The position numbers were made by a program, and so were the translations under genes. The notes under the pieces are model-generated. The model made no database searches. It had not been told where the DNA came from and worked only from the letters and a program-made list of their open reading frames with translations. Source: Lama glama (Eukaryota). From it: DNA of 64,000 nt. Shown piece by piece: positions 63,732 through 64,000 of this stretch (positions within the stretch are counted from its first letter, which is position 1; every line of letters starts with the position of its first letter). The stretch spans positions 15,626,001 to 15,690,000 of the forward strand of contig CM052832.1 in the NCBI GenBank assembly GCA_028534125.1, given 5' to 3'.

Positions 63732-64000
63732 ATATCCTGGAGCTGAGGAGCCCTCATGCCAGGCCTGGGGAGTGAGGGGGCTCCTGGCTCCAGCCTCCAA
63801 GGCTTTGCTGCTTACCTTTTTCTGTGAGAACAAAACCTCTGAGAATGATTAAAGGCTGTGGCCACCCTCCCCAGAAAAATGCACAGATGATTTTGACACA
63901 TCGTTTTGCATGTGATGTCAGGGGGTGTAGAGGGTTCTACAGATGTAGGTAAAATGGGGTCCTGGTACTGGGAAAGAGGGGCACCTAGGCTGTGTTTGGC

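Overview
Mammalian genomic DNA, most likely a camelid (camel, alpaca or llama), judged from about 13 copies of a Vic-1-like tRNA-derived SINE. The window is the extended MHC class II region. Bases 1 to about 14.7 kb are AT-rich and repeat-dense (L1, L2, MIR, MLT1, hAT-Charlie, a solo LTR) with no gene I can support. From about 15.8 kb there is a GC-rich, tightly packed cluster: SMIM40(+), DAXX(+), ZBTB22(+), TAPBP/tapasin(+), RGL2(+), PFDN6(-), WDR46(+), B3GALT4(-), RPS18(-) and the first 10 exons of VPS52(+). I traced exon boundaries by hand; all complete genes splice into intact ORFs of the expected size. I see no new protein-coding system. The most interesting signals are regulatory: upstream ORFs in DAXX and RGL2 that stop in frame just before the main ATG, spliced uORFs that overlap the start of ZBTB22 and B3GALT4 out of frame, two minor-spliceosome (U12) introns in VPS52, an exon-like in-frame segment in an RGL2 intron, and introns resembling human mirtrons miR-6834 and miR-6873. 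Family names and human comparisons are from memory, not from database searches.
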